A stretch of 64,000 nt of DNA. Origin: Octopus sinensis (lineage: Eukaryota). Both the position numbers and the translations under genes were made by a program. Shown piece by piece: positions 1 to 11,555 of this stretch (the first letter of the stretch is position 1; every line of letters starts with the position of its first letter). A model generated the notes under the pieces. That model saw nothing but the letters and a program-made list of their open reading frames with translations, ran no database searches and was not told the origin of the DNA. The stretch covers positions 3,844,001-3,908,000 of the forward strand of contig NC_043026.1 of NCBI RefSeq assembly GCF_006345805.1. Direction: 5' to 3'.

Positions 1-3000
1 TAAAAACCCCCTTTGGCCACGAATGACCATGGGATTGCCCCTAGAAAGTCTTCATCCGAGGCACAAGTCCAGCAAAGTTGTGTATGAATGACCAGCAGTT
101 GCCCATTCATACCAGCCTCCCCCTCTCCTTGCCATTATATTTACATGGGGTAAAGTCTAAAAACCCGCTTTGGCCACGAATGACAATGGGATTGCACCTA
201 AAAAGTTTTCATCCGAGGCACAAGTCCAGCAAAGTTGTGTATGAATGACCAGCAGTCACCCATTCATACCAGCCTCCCCCTCTCCATGCCATTAATATCT
301 ACATGGGGTAAAGTCTAAAAACCCCCTTTGGCCACGATGACCATGGGATTGCACCTAAAAAGTTTTCATCCGAGGCACAAGTCCAGCAAAGTTGTGTATG
401 AATGACCAGCAGTCACCCATTCATACCAGCCTCCCCCCTCTCCATGCCATTATATCTACATGGGGTAAAGTCTAAAAACCCCTTTGGCCACGAATGACCA
501 TGGGATTGCACCTAAAAAGTTTTCATCCGAGGCACAAGTCCAGCAAAGTTGTGTATGAATGACCAGCAGTTGCCCATTCATACCAGCCTCCCCTCTCCAT
601 GCCATTAATATCTACATGGGGTAAAGTCTAAAAACCCCCTTTGGCCACGAATGACCATGGGATTGCACCTAGAAAGTTTTCATCCGATGCACAAGTCCAG
701 CAAAGTTGTGTATGAATGACCAGCAGTCACCCATTCATACCAGCCTCCCCTCTCCATGCCATTAATATCTACATGGGGTAAAGTCTAAAAACCCCCTTTG
801 GCCACGAATGACCATGGGATTGCACCTAAAAAGTTTTCATCCGAGGCACAAGTCCAGCAAAGTTGTGTATGAATGACCAGCAGTCACCCATTCATACCAG
901 CCTCCCCCTCTCCATGCCATTAATATCTACATGGGGTAAAGTCTAAAAACCCCCTTTGGCCACGAATGACCATGGGATTGCACCTAAAAAGTTTTCATCC
1001 GAGGCACAAGTCCAGCAAAGTTGTGTATGAATGACCAGCAGTCACCCATTCATACCAGCCTCCCCCTCTCCATGCCATTAATATCTACATGGGGTAAAGT
1101 CTAAAAACCCCCTTTGGCCACGAATGACCATGGATTGCACCTAAAAAGTTTTCATCCGAGGCACAAGTCCAGCAAAGTTGTGTATGAATGACCAGCAGTC
1201 ACCCATTCATACCAGCCTCCCCCTCTCCTTGCCATTATATGTACATGGGGTAAAGTCTAAAAACCCCCTTTGGCCACGAATGACCATGGGATTGCACCTA
1301 GAAAGTTTTCATCCGAGGCACAAGTCCAGCAAAGTTGTGTATGAATGACCAGCAGTCACCCATTCATACCAGCCTCCCCCTCTCCATGCCATTAATATCT
1401 ACATGGGGTAAAGTCTAAAAACCCCCTTTGGCCACGAATGACCATGGGATTGCACCTAAAAAGTTTTCATCCGAGGCACAAGTCCAGCAAAGTTGTGTAT
1501 GAATGACCAGCAGTCACCCATTCATACCAGCCTCCCCCTCTCCATGCCATTAATATCTACATGGGGTAAAGTCTAAAAACCCCCTTTGGCCACGAATATG
1601 ACCATGGATTGCACCTAAAAAGTTTTCATCCGAGGCACAAGTCCAGCAAAGTTGTGTATGAATGAACAGCAGTCACCCATTCATACCAGCCTCCCCCTCT
1701 CCATGCCATTAATATCTACATGGGGTAAAGTCTAAAAACCCCCTTTGGCCACGAATGACCATGGGATTGCACCTAAAATGTTTTCATCCGAGGCACAAGT
1801 CCAGCAAAGTTGTGTATGAATGACCAGCAGTTGCCCATTCATACCAGCCTCCCCCTCTCCATGCCATTAATATCTACATGGGGTAAAGTCTAAAAACCCC
1901 CTTTGGCCACGAATGACCATGGGATTGCACCTAAAAAGTTTTCATCCGAGGCACAAGTCCAGCAAAGTTGTGTATGAATGACCAGCAGTCACCCATTCAT
2001 ACCAGCCTCCCCCTCTCCATGCCATTAATATCTACATGGGGTAAAGTCTAAAAACCCCCTTTGGCCACGAATGACCATGGGATTGCACCTAAAAAGTTTT
2101 CATCCGAGGCACAAGTCCAGCAAAGTTGTGTATGAATGACCAGCAGTTGCCCATTCATACCAGCCTCCCCCTCTCCATGCCATTAATATCTACATGGGGT
2201 AAAGTCTAAAAACCCCCTTTGGCCACGAATGACCATGGGATTGCACCTAGAAAGTTTTCATCCGATGCACAAGTCCAGCAAAGTTGTGTATGAATGACCA
2301 GCAGTCACCCATTCATACCAGCCTCCCCCTCTCCATGCCATTAATATCTACATGGGGTAAAGTCTAAAAACCCCCTTTGGCCACGAATGACCATGGGATT
2401 GCACCTAAAAAGTTTTCATCCGAGGCACAAGTCCAGCAAAGTTGTGTATGAATGACCAGCAGTCACCCATTCATACCAGCCTCCCCCTCTCCATGCCATT
2501 AATATCTACATGGGGTAAAGTCTAAAAACCCCTTTGGCCACGAATGACCATGGGATTGCACCTAAAAAGTTTTCATCCGAGGCACAAGTCCAGCAAAGTT
2601 GTGTATGAATGACCAGCAGTCACCCATTCATACCAGCCTCCCCCTCTCCATGCCATTAATATCTACATGGGGTAAAGTCTAAAAACCCCCTTTGGCCACG
2701 AATGACCATGGGATTGCACCTAAAAAGTTTTCATCCGAGGCACAAGTCCAGCAAAGTTGTGTATGAATGACCAGCAGTCACCCATTCATACCAGCCTCCC
2801 CCTCTCCATGCCATTAATATCTACATGGGGTAAAGTCTAAAAACCCCCTTTGGCCACGAATGACCATGGGATTGCACCTAAAAAGTTTTCATCCGAGGCA
2901 CAAGTCCAGCAAAGTTGTGTATGAATGACCAGCAGTCACCCATTCATACCAGCCTCCCCCTCTCCATGCCATTAATATCTACATGGGGTAAAGTCTAAAA

Positions 3001-4465
3001 AACCCCTTTGGCCACGAATGACCATGGGATTGCACCTAAAAAGTTTTCATCCGAGCACAAGTCCAGCAAAGTTGTGTATGAATGACCAGCAGTCACCCAT
3101 TCATACCAGCCTCCCCCTCTCCATGCCATTAATATCTACATGGGGTGGGTAAAGTCTAAAAACCCCCTTTGGCCACGAATGACCATGGGATTGCACCTAA
3201 AAAGTTTTCATCCGAGGCACAAGTCCAGCAAAGTTGTGTATGAATGACCAGCAGTCACCCATTCATACCAGCCTCCCCTCTCCATGCCATTAATATCTAC
3301 ATGGGGTAAAGTCTAAAAACCCCCTTTGGCCACGAATGACCATGGGATTGCACCTAAAAAGTTTTCATCCGAGGCACAAGTCCAGCAAAGTTGTTGTTAT
3401 GAATGACCAGCAGTTGCCCATTCATACCAGCCTCCCCCTCTCCATGCCATTAATATCTACATGGGGTAAAGTCTAAAAACCCCCTTTGGCCACGAATGAC
3501 CATGGGATTGCACCTAGAAAGTTTTCATCCGATGCACAAGTCCAGCAAAGTTGTGTATGAATGACCAGCAGTTGCCCATTCATACCAGCCTCCCCCTCTC
3601 CATGCCATTAATATCTACATGGGGTAAAGTCTAAAAACCCCCTTGGCCACGAATGACCATGGGATTGCACCTAAAAAGTTTTCATCCGATGCACAAGTCC
3701 AGCAAAGTTGTGTATGAATGACCAGCAGTCACCCATTCATACCAGCCTCCCCCTCTCCTTGCCATTATATGTACATGGGGTAAAGTCTAAAAAACCCCCT
3801 TGGCCACGAATGACCATGGGATTGCCCCTAGAAAGTTTCCATACGAGGCACAAGTCCAGCAAAGTTGTGTATGAATGACCAGCAGTCACCCATTCATACC
3901 AGCCTCCCCCTCTCCTTGCCATTATATGTACATGGGGTAAAGTCTAAAAACCCCCTTTGTCCACGAATGACCATGGGATTGCCCCTAGAAAGTTTCCATC
4001 CGAGGCACAAGTCCAGCAAAGTTGTGTATGAATGACCAGCAGTCGCCCATTCATACTAGCCTCCCCCTCTCCTTGCCATTATATGTACATGGGGTAAAGT
4101 CTAAAAACTCCCTTTGGCCACGAATGACCATGGGATTGCACCTAGAAAGTTTTCATCCGAGGCACAAGTCCAGCAAAGTTGTGTATGAATGACCAGCAGT
4201 CGCCCATTCATACCAGCCTCCCCCTCTCCTTGCCATTATATGTACATGGGGTAAAGTCTTAAAAACTCCCTTTGGCCAAAATGACCATGGGATTGCACCT
4301 AGAAAGTTTTCATCCGAGGCACAAGTCCAGCAAGTTGTGTATGAATGACCAGCAGTCGCCCATTCATACCAGCCTCCCCCTCTCCTTGCCATTATATGTA
4401 CATGGGATAAAGTCTAAAAACCCCCTTGGCCACGAATGACCATGGGATTGCCCCTAGAAAGTTCC
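1..4465. repeat. ~158-bp tandem satellite, ~28 copies, running off the left edge; intronic to GAK
   Basis: Unit TAAAAACCCCCTTTGGCCACGAATGACCATGGGATTGCACC...ACATGGGGTAAAGTC recurs at 1, 158, 316 and onward to ~4465. Confidence 0.97.
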
Positions 4466-5092
4466 CTTCCCAAAACATAGAATTAACCACAGGTCACTGC
4501 TCTGAGACTATCCTGTGAAGAAGTGTTGAGGGAAAGAGTGCAAGAGGCTACCAAAGATACGAGAGAATGGACTGGAAACAGGAGCCTGGTTGATCTGATT
4601 GCATGCAAGCAGTGCAACCCAGGGGACTGGAGTATCCTAGCAAATTGATCACTGGACACAGGGAGGGTACTGGTTGATGGTGATGGTTAGGTTTTACATC
4701 AGCTTTTCAATGCTGGCATCAGTTGGTTGGGTCTTTTTGAGTTACAGGGGTTTAGGAAACATTTGGAGACAGATAGAGGGAGGGAGACAGATACATAGAA
4801 ATAGGTGGATATATGGACATACAGAGACAGAGGCAGGGAGATCAACAGAGCTAGGGAGACCAAGGGAGACAGAAAGACAGAGATAGGGAGACTGGCAGAT
4901 ACAAGGAGAGAGAGAGAGAGTGAGATAATCAGTACAGGAAGTTTAACAGCAGGGATGCCCTTTCTGATGCCAGCATGGACAAATGCTGATCTTCTATAAA
5001 AAAAACCTAGCTGGACTTTTGTTTTTGGAAGCATTGAAATTGCATCGTATCGTACTTTCCTGTTTGCATGATGGATGCATTTGTTTTTGCAG

Positions 5093-5290
5093 GTGCTGGT
5101 GCATCGACTGGTGCCCCAGGCTGGCAACAGGCACCAAACAACCAGGCGCCGTCGTCTCCCAAGAAACAACAAACCCAACCAGCCGCGGGTGCGACACCAG
5201 CAGCACACAAAGCAGCTTTTGGACCTGGTTCCGGTCCTGGCCCGAGTGTTATTGGAAGCAGAGATGATAGAGGGACACGCAAGCCTTTTG
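5093..5290 (+). CDS. GAK: GAK/auxilin internal coding exon (198 nt, phase 1-1), low-complexity linker ending SVIGSRDDRGTRKPF
   Basis: TTTGTTTTTGCAG acceptor (AG 5091-92) and G|GTAAG donor (5291). SVIGSRDDRG resembles vertebrate GAK SVIGAREERG as recalled. In frame with the next exon. Confidence 0.85.
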
Positions 5291-5864
5291 GTAAGTTCCT
5301 TTGCTGGAGGGGAGAGTATAGGGTGACCCCTCTCTCTCTCTCTCTGTCCATGTCCTCTTCTCTGTAATCTTCATTCATCTCTCTATGTTTTATATGTTTG
5401 TCTCTGTACATGTTTATCTGTCTCCACGTCTGTCTGTCTGTCTTCCTGTATCTTATTATCTCCCTCTGTCACTCCCTTTGTATCTGCCAGTCTCCCTGTC
5501 TCCCTAGCCCTGTCTCCTTGTATATGTCTCTCATGTGTCCATCTGTCTCCTTTTGTCTATCTCTCTCTCCTTATGTCTGTCTCTCCTGTGTCCATCTGTC
5601 TCCTTATGTCTGTCTCCATATGTCCATTTCTATGCACCCGTCTGTCTCCAAATGTTTCCTAAACACTTGTAACCATTTGCCTTGAATGATTGAAAATGAC
5701 AACTATAACTGTCATTAAAACTATTCATAGTGAATGCTACTGGAGACATTTGCTGTTTCTGCTAACATTAAACATTTTCTGTGAATACAAGCATTGGGCA
5801 TTTACTGTAAATACTGTTGGGTGTGTTTACTACAAATGTTTATTTCCGATATACATCAATATGA

Positions 5865-6113
5865 TTACCTGTACATTATTTACATTAGACGGATATTTGT
5901 CCTCATCTTGTTTGTTGTTAACACAATATTTCGGCTGATATACCCACCAGCCTTCATCAGGTGTCTTGGGGAAATTTTGACCTGGGTTCTCATTCCTAAG
6001 GTATTTCTCGGTGTTGTTGTTGTTATTATTATTATTCAGGTCACTGCTTGGAATTGAACTCGGAATCTAGGGGTTAGTAGTCCATGCTCTTAACCACTAC
6101 GACATATTCCCAC
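5865..6113 (-). mobile_element. tRNA-derived SINE carrying a hammerhead motif (minus-strand copy)
   Basis: On the minus strand: A box (GTCGTAGTGG), B box (GAGTTCAATTCC), (AAT)n spacer, then a body matching 6112-6375. Confidence 0.8.
5920..5965 (-). ncRNA. Minimal type I hammerhead ribozyme motif, core intact
   Basis: Minus strand reads GACAC-CUGAUGA-A-GGCUG(loop)CAGCC-GAA-AUAU-U-GUGUU: stem I GACAC/GUGUU, stem II GGCUG/CAGCC, palindromic loop-less stem III AUAU, AUU cleavage triplet. Confidence 0.7.
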
Positions 6114-6375
6114 AGGCATATAGCATAGTGGTTAAGAGCACGGGCTACAAACCCGAAGATTCTGAGTTCGATTCCAGGCCATGACCTGAATAATGATAAT
6201 AATAATATAAAAAAATTGCTTAGGAATGAGAACCCAGGTTCAAAATTTCCCCGAGACACCTGATGAAGGCTGGAGGGTATATCAGCCGAAACACTGTGTT
6301 AACAACAAACAAGATGAGGACAAATATCCATTGAATTTAAATAATGTACATAATTCCTCATCTTTTAAATACAGA
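6112..6375 (+). mobile_element. tRNA-derived SINE carrying a hammerhead motif (plus-strand copy)
   Basis: TAGCATAGTGG A box, GAGTTCGATTCC B box, AAT-rich spacer, body with CTGATGA...GAAA. Confidence 0.8.
6255..6300 (+). ncRNA. Minimal hammerhead motif, degenerate stem III
   Basis: GACAC-CTGATGA-A-GGCTG...CAGCC-GAAACAC-T-GTGTT. Stems I and II are intact, but ACAC is not self-complementary and U16.1 is missing. Confidence 0.55.
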
Positions 6376-6545
6376 ACTGAAAAAAAAAAAAGGTTATGTG
6401 AATTTACAACTTAATAAAATAAGCATTATCTCACCTTGCCCTGCACTTTTCCCCCAAATATAGAACTGTATTATGATTACCTGTGTGTTTTTTTTTTCCA
6501 TGAAACCTGTGTTATTTAACAATCCCTGGAACATTTTCATTGCAG

Positions 6546-6685
6546 GCCCAAAACCTAAGGTGCATACTGACACTTTTGGAGACCTTCTTGGTGGATTTAG
6601 CTCCAAGAGAGCGAATGAACCACGGACTATAGGAGAAATGAGGAAAGACATTTTAGCTAAGGAAATGGACCCAGATAAACTTAAG
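6546..6685 (+). CDS. GAK: GAK/auxilin coding exon (140 nt): PKPKVHTDTFGDLLGGFSSKRANEPRTIGEMRKDILAKEMDPDKLK
   Basis: TTTTCATTGCAG acceptor, AAG|GTAAG donor, phase 1 to 0. Matches the pre-J-domain segment of GAK/auxilin (KPKV..FEDLL...TIAEMRK..LAK..DP.KLK). Confidence 0.93.
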
Positions 6686-6714
6686 GTAAGAATCTGTGTT
6701 GTCATCTTTGTAAA

Positions 6715-6990
6715 TCTTTATATATAAAATCCAAGTTGTGTGTGTGAGACTCTGTCTCCTCCGATTTAGATTCCTAACTACTCCCACATTTTGCGGTGCA
6801 GTTGAACCATAAGCGGTTATCTTATAGTCAGGATTCATATCGAGCATCTACGATTTAAAAAAAAATTTACCATAATTTTTCTGCATTTTTAATGATTTTT
6901 GCTCAGTTTATATAACAGAAGTAACTCTCTAAAAATGCTTATATAGTTATTTCCCTTACAAACCCGAGCAACGCCGGGCGATACTGCTAG
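6715..6990 (+). mobile_element. Non-autonomous Helitron-like element
   Basis: A|TC start, subterminal hairpin CCCGAGCAACGCCGGG, CTAG|T end, no TSD. Confidence 0.8.
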
Positions 6991-7878
6991 TTTAAAATAA
7001 TCCTTATTGTAGATGTGTGGCTGTGTGCTAAGATGCTTGCTTTGCAATCTGTGAAGAGCACGTGGTGTTACTTAAGTGCACTGCCATCTAATGTCCAGTT
7101 GCCTAATACCTAATGTGAAATCAGTTTGTAAGATCAGCTGAAATGGATCTATTAATACTGTATACTTTGATTAGTATGGGAACACCCTAACGCAGCTAAT
7201 ATAAACTCAACAAGTAACATTTCACCAAGCACTAACATTCACACACATATATGCACACATACACACATATATACACGCATACACACATATATACACACAT
7301 ATTCATACGCTCGCACATATACACATGCATATGTATACACACACGTTTCCACATGCATATGTATACGTGTATATATACACACATACACATACATACATGA
7401 ACATATGTATATATATATATACACACATACATACATGCACATATGTATATATATATATACACACATACATACATGCACATATGTATATATATATATACAC
7501 ACACATACACATATGCACATATGTGTATATATATATATTATATATATATATATATATATATGCGTGTGTGTGTGTGTTTGTCCCCCTAGCATTGCTTGAC
7601 TACCGATGCTGGTGTGTTTATGTCCCCGTTACTTAGCGGTTCGGCAAAAGAGACCGATAGAATAAGTACCGGGCTTACAAAAAGAATAAGTCCTGGGGTC
7701 GAGAGTTGCTCGATTAAAGGCGGTGCTCCAGCATGGCCGCAGTCAAATGACTGAAACAAGTAAAAGAGTAGAGTATATATAACACATATGCACACACACA
7801 CACACTCACATCTACACACACACATATGTATATATACACATACATACACACATATATGCACGTGAACGCATACACACT

Positions 7879-7929
<51 letters not shown>

Positions 7930-8025
7930 TATATGCACACACACACACACCACACACTTAGTTCATAGTTGCTATGTTTGTGCTTGGTAAGTTGTGGCAC
8001 TTGCTATGTAATCAATATATATATA

Positions 8026-8818
8026 TAGGCGCAGGAGTGGCTGTGTGGTAAGTAGCTTGTTTACCAACCACATGGTTCCGGGTTCAGTCCCACTGCGTGG
8101 CACCTTGGGCAAGTGTCTTCTACTATAGCCTCGGGCCGACCAAAGCCTTGTGAGTGGATTTGGTAGACGGAAACCAAAAGAAGCCTGTCATATATATGTA
8201 TCTCTCTCTATATAAACGGCAGTTTGTGTGTCTGTCAGGTTGTGCCCTCACCCTGACCACGGCTTTCAACCGATTCTGATGAAACTTGACACACACATAG
8301 CCCAATGTCATAATTCAAAACTAACGCAGTGAAAATTTTGAAAAGTTCCCCCAGTTCTGAAAAAAATTGATAAATTCGACATGGGGTCGAGAATCTAAGC
8401 TTTTTATATGCAACACATTTTCTGTCGGGAGACAGCTAGGAACATCGTATACACAGAAGTATTCGAGTGAAGAGAAGACATTGCAACCTACACATGCGCC
8501 TTCGTTCCCTAGAGGGAAAGGACTAGATTGGGATTAGTCGTTGCCTATTAGGGGCTCTTACATACCCGGGCAACGCCGGGCTATGCTGCTAGTATATATA
8601 TATGCATGTGTGTGTTTGTGTGTCTGTGTTTGTTCCCCTAGCATTGCATGACAACCGATGCTGGTGTGTTTATGTCCCCGTTACCTAGCGGTTCGGCAAA
8701 AGAGACCGATAGAATAAGTACTGGGCTTACAAAAGAATAAGTCCTGGGGTCGAGTTGCTCGATTAAAGGCGGTGCTCCAGCATGGCCGCAGTCAAATGAC
8801 TGAAACAAGTAAAAGAGT
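8026..8818 (+). mobile_element. Abundant tRNA-derived SINE ('family A'); representative copy, Helitron-interrupted
   Basis: Head GGCGCAGGAGTGGCTGTGTGGTAAG...GGGTTCAGTCCC, central (TA)n/(TG)n, tail ...GTCAAATGACTGAAACAAGTAAAAGA. Other full or partial copies at ~7561, 10837, 15470, 16407, 17697, 19062, 20480, 24401, 24592, 32572, 42745 (-), 49865, 53125, 57148. Confidence 0.85.
8201..8592 (+). mobile_element. Non-autonomous Helitron-like element (second family) inserted in the central (TA)n of a SINE
   Basis: A|TCTCTC start, CCCGGGCAACGCCGGG hairpin, CTAG|T end. SINE halves flank it (8026-8200, 8593-8818). Confidence 0.8.
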
Positions 8819-8861
8819 ATATGAGTATACATGGGTTGTTTTTTTTTTTTACATCTTTCAG

Positions 8862-9038
8862 ATAATGGAGTGGACCAAGGGTAAAGAACGTAACATCCGT
8901 GCACTGCTGTGTTCACTCCATACTGTGCTTTGGGATGAAGAGATGCGTTGGAAGGAATGTGGGATGCACGAACTGGTCAGTCCGGAGCAGGTGAAGAAGG
9001 TCTACAGGAAAGCCGTTCTGTCTGTTCATCCAGACAAG
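8862..9038 (+). CDS. GAK: GAK/auxilin J-domain exon (177 nt): [59 protein letters not shown]
   Basis: Long polypyrimidine tract plus CAG acceptor, AAG|GTAAG donor, phase 0-0. Contains the auxilin signature [10 protein letters not shown] and the J-domain HPD motif. Confidence 0.97.
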
Positions 9039-9062
9039 GTAAGTAAAATTTTGGTTTGGTAA

Positions 9063-9876
9063 CCCTTTTGATACCAACCCGGCTGAAACCGGTTCGGGCT
9101 CTGAGTAACAATGTCTTGTTTTCACAAGTTTTGAATTAAAATCTTCCACCAAACCTTAGTCACAATTTATGTTCCTAACACTAGCTTAATGATAACGAAG
9201 TTATTTTACTAAATTCTTTGTTATATTTAAAATTAATTGAAAGAAGCACAGAGCATCTCAACAGAAATATGGTAACGAGAGGGTTAAAATATATAATAGA
9301 GAAACAATTCTTAACCCTTTTGATACCAACCTGGTTGAAACCACCTCTGGCTCTGTAGTACAAATGTCTTGTTTTCATAAGTTCTGAATGAAAATCTTCC
9401 ACCAAACCTTAGTCACAATTTATGTTCCTAACACAAGCTTAATGATAACTAAGTTATTTTACTAAATTCTTTGTTATAATTAAAGTAATTGAAAGAAACA
9501 GAGCGTCTCAGCAGAAATATGGGAACAAAAGGGTTAAGAAGCAAAATAATCAGCAGAAAACATGAGAGAAGGAAACCTCAATGTGGTCACTCTATATGCT
9601 AGAAATAGTAGCCTAAATTTCCTTCAATCCACACCATTTCAACTGTTTCTAATGTCCATCTGCCCAAATGTAGAGGTGTTTTAAACCCTTTTGTTGCCAA
9701 TCCGGCTGAAACCAGCTCTGGTTCTAAATACAATTGTCTTGTTTTCATAAGTTTTGAATTAAAATCTTCCACCAAACCTTAGTCACAATTTATGATCCTA
9801 ACACTAGCTGAATGATAACTAAGTTATTTTAGTAAATTCTTTGTTATACTTAAAGTAATTGAAAGAAACCCAGAGG
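9063..9876. mobile_element. Cluster of three piggyBac-like MITEs (9063-9283, 9315-9533, ~9686-9876)
   Basis: CCCTTTTG.../...AGGG termini. TTAA on both sides of copy 2 and on the 3' side of copy 1. The three interiors are similar; copy 3 is internally truncated. Confidence 0.7.
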
Positions 9877-10300
9877 TTAGATGGATGGGGATATTTCTGC
9901 CTCATTTTATAGTCAAACTTGTATCTTCTGCTAGAAATATACAGGGTGATTGAAAAGTAACTCACTGTTTTAAAATACTTTTAAAGTATATTTATTAATT
10001 GTAATTTTTACAGAAAATGGATATGAGAGGAAAGCTTTTACTCTGAGGTTTTACTCAAAATTCAATATACGCTCCAGATATGGATACATATACACACACA
10101 TATATATATACACACATATACATACACACATATGCATGTACACATACATGCATTCATTCATTTCTGTGTTCCTTTCTGTAGAAGAGCGTAGGCTCGAAAT
10201 GTAAAAGACTTTTTCTATTCCTGAGCGCCATACTAATACATCTATTTGCTTTGTATACCACCTGCCTTCGTCTTTTGTTTATTTTCGTAAACTTTCCCTT

Positions 10301-10331
<31 letters not shown>

Positions 10332-11253
10332 ATACATACATACATACATAGGATGGGCATCCAGCTGTAGAAACACTGCCAGATAAGACTGGAGCCTGGT
10401 GCAGCCTTCTGGCTTCCCAGATCCCTGGTCGAACCGTCCAACCCATGCTAGCATGGAGAACGGACGTTAAACGTTGATGATGATACATACATACATACAC
10501 ACATACATACACACATACACATACATACACACATATACACACACACATACATACATACCTACATACCTACATACACACACATACATACATACACATACAT
10601 ACATACATACATACACATACATACATACACACACACACTGAATTAAGACAACAAAAGGGAGAGTTAGTGGTTAATATTTATTTATTAATAAATTAATAAT
10701 TATTTCTTCCTGCAGCGGTTTTCATTTATATTTATTGGATAAATTACAAATTTATACATTATAATATTACATGCTGGCCTATCTGTTAACTCTAGCAGAT
10801 TAAATATCTGAAAGTGTGTCTGACTCCTTATTACTGCTCGTCAACCGGTGTTGGTGTGTTTACGTCCCCATAACTAAGCAGTTTGGTAAAAAGAGACTGA
10901 TAGAATAATTAACGGGCTTACAAAGAATACGTCCGAGGTTCGATCTCTTTGACTAAAAGATGGTTTAAGGTGGTGCTCCAGCATGGCCGCAATCAAATGA
11001 CTGAAACAAGTAAAAGAACACACTTATGTTCTGAGTTCAAATTCTGCTTAGGTCAACTTTGCCTTTCGTCCTTCTGGAGCCAATGTAATAAATACTTGCT
11101 GGGCTGTAACTGGCTAGCCACCACCACCCCAAAAAATTGCTGGCCTTGTGTCAGAATTTGAAATTGTTGTTTTATTATTAACCTATTAACTGCCAAATTT
11201 TTTTATTCACATTTTTTGGCTTTGCCAGGTGTCTTAGAGGTTAAAATGAGATA

Positions 11254-11555
11254 TCTTTATATATAAAAGTCAAGTTGTGTGAGTGTCTGTCTCCTACGAT
11301 TTAGATTCCTAACTACTCCCACATTTTGCGGTGCAGTGTAACCAAAACCGGGTATCTTATAGTCGTGATTCATATCGAACCCTTCTGGGTATTAGCGCGC
11401 GTCTATGATGAGTCTACGATTTAAAAAAAAAATTTACCATCATTTTTTTACATTTTTAATGCATTTTTTGCTATTATATAAGGGAAGTAACTCTCTAAAA
11501 TGCTTATATAGTTATTTCCCTTACAAACCCGAGCAACGCCGGGCGATACTGCTAG
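11254..11555 (+). mobile_element. Non-autonomous Helitron-like element, same family as 6715-6990
   Basis: A|TCTTTATATATAAAA start, CCCGAGCAACGCCGGG hairpin, CTAG|T end. Confidence 0.8.

Noticed and set aside
4491-4650. Possible extra GAK exon after AACCACAG
   Set aside because: The open frame has no GAK-like sequence, the polypyrimidine tract is weak and there is no good donor before the stop.
6112-6185. tRNA-like sequences (also SINE-A and SINE-B heads)
   Set aside because: A/B boxes are present but they continue into repeated SINE bodies and lack a convincing acceptor stem; not tRNA genes.
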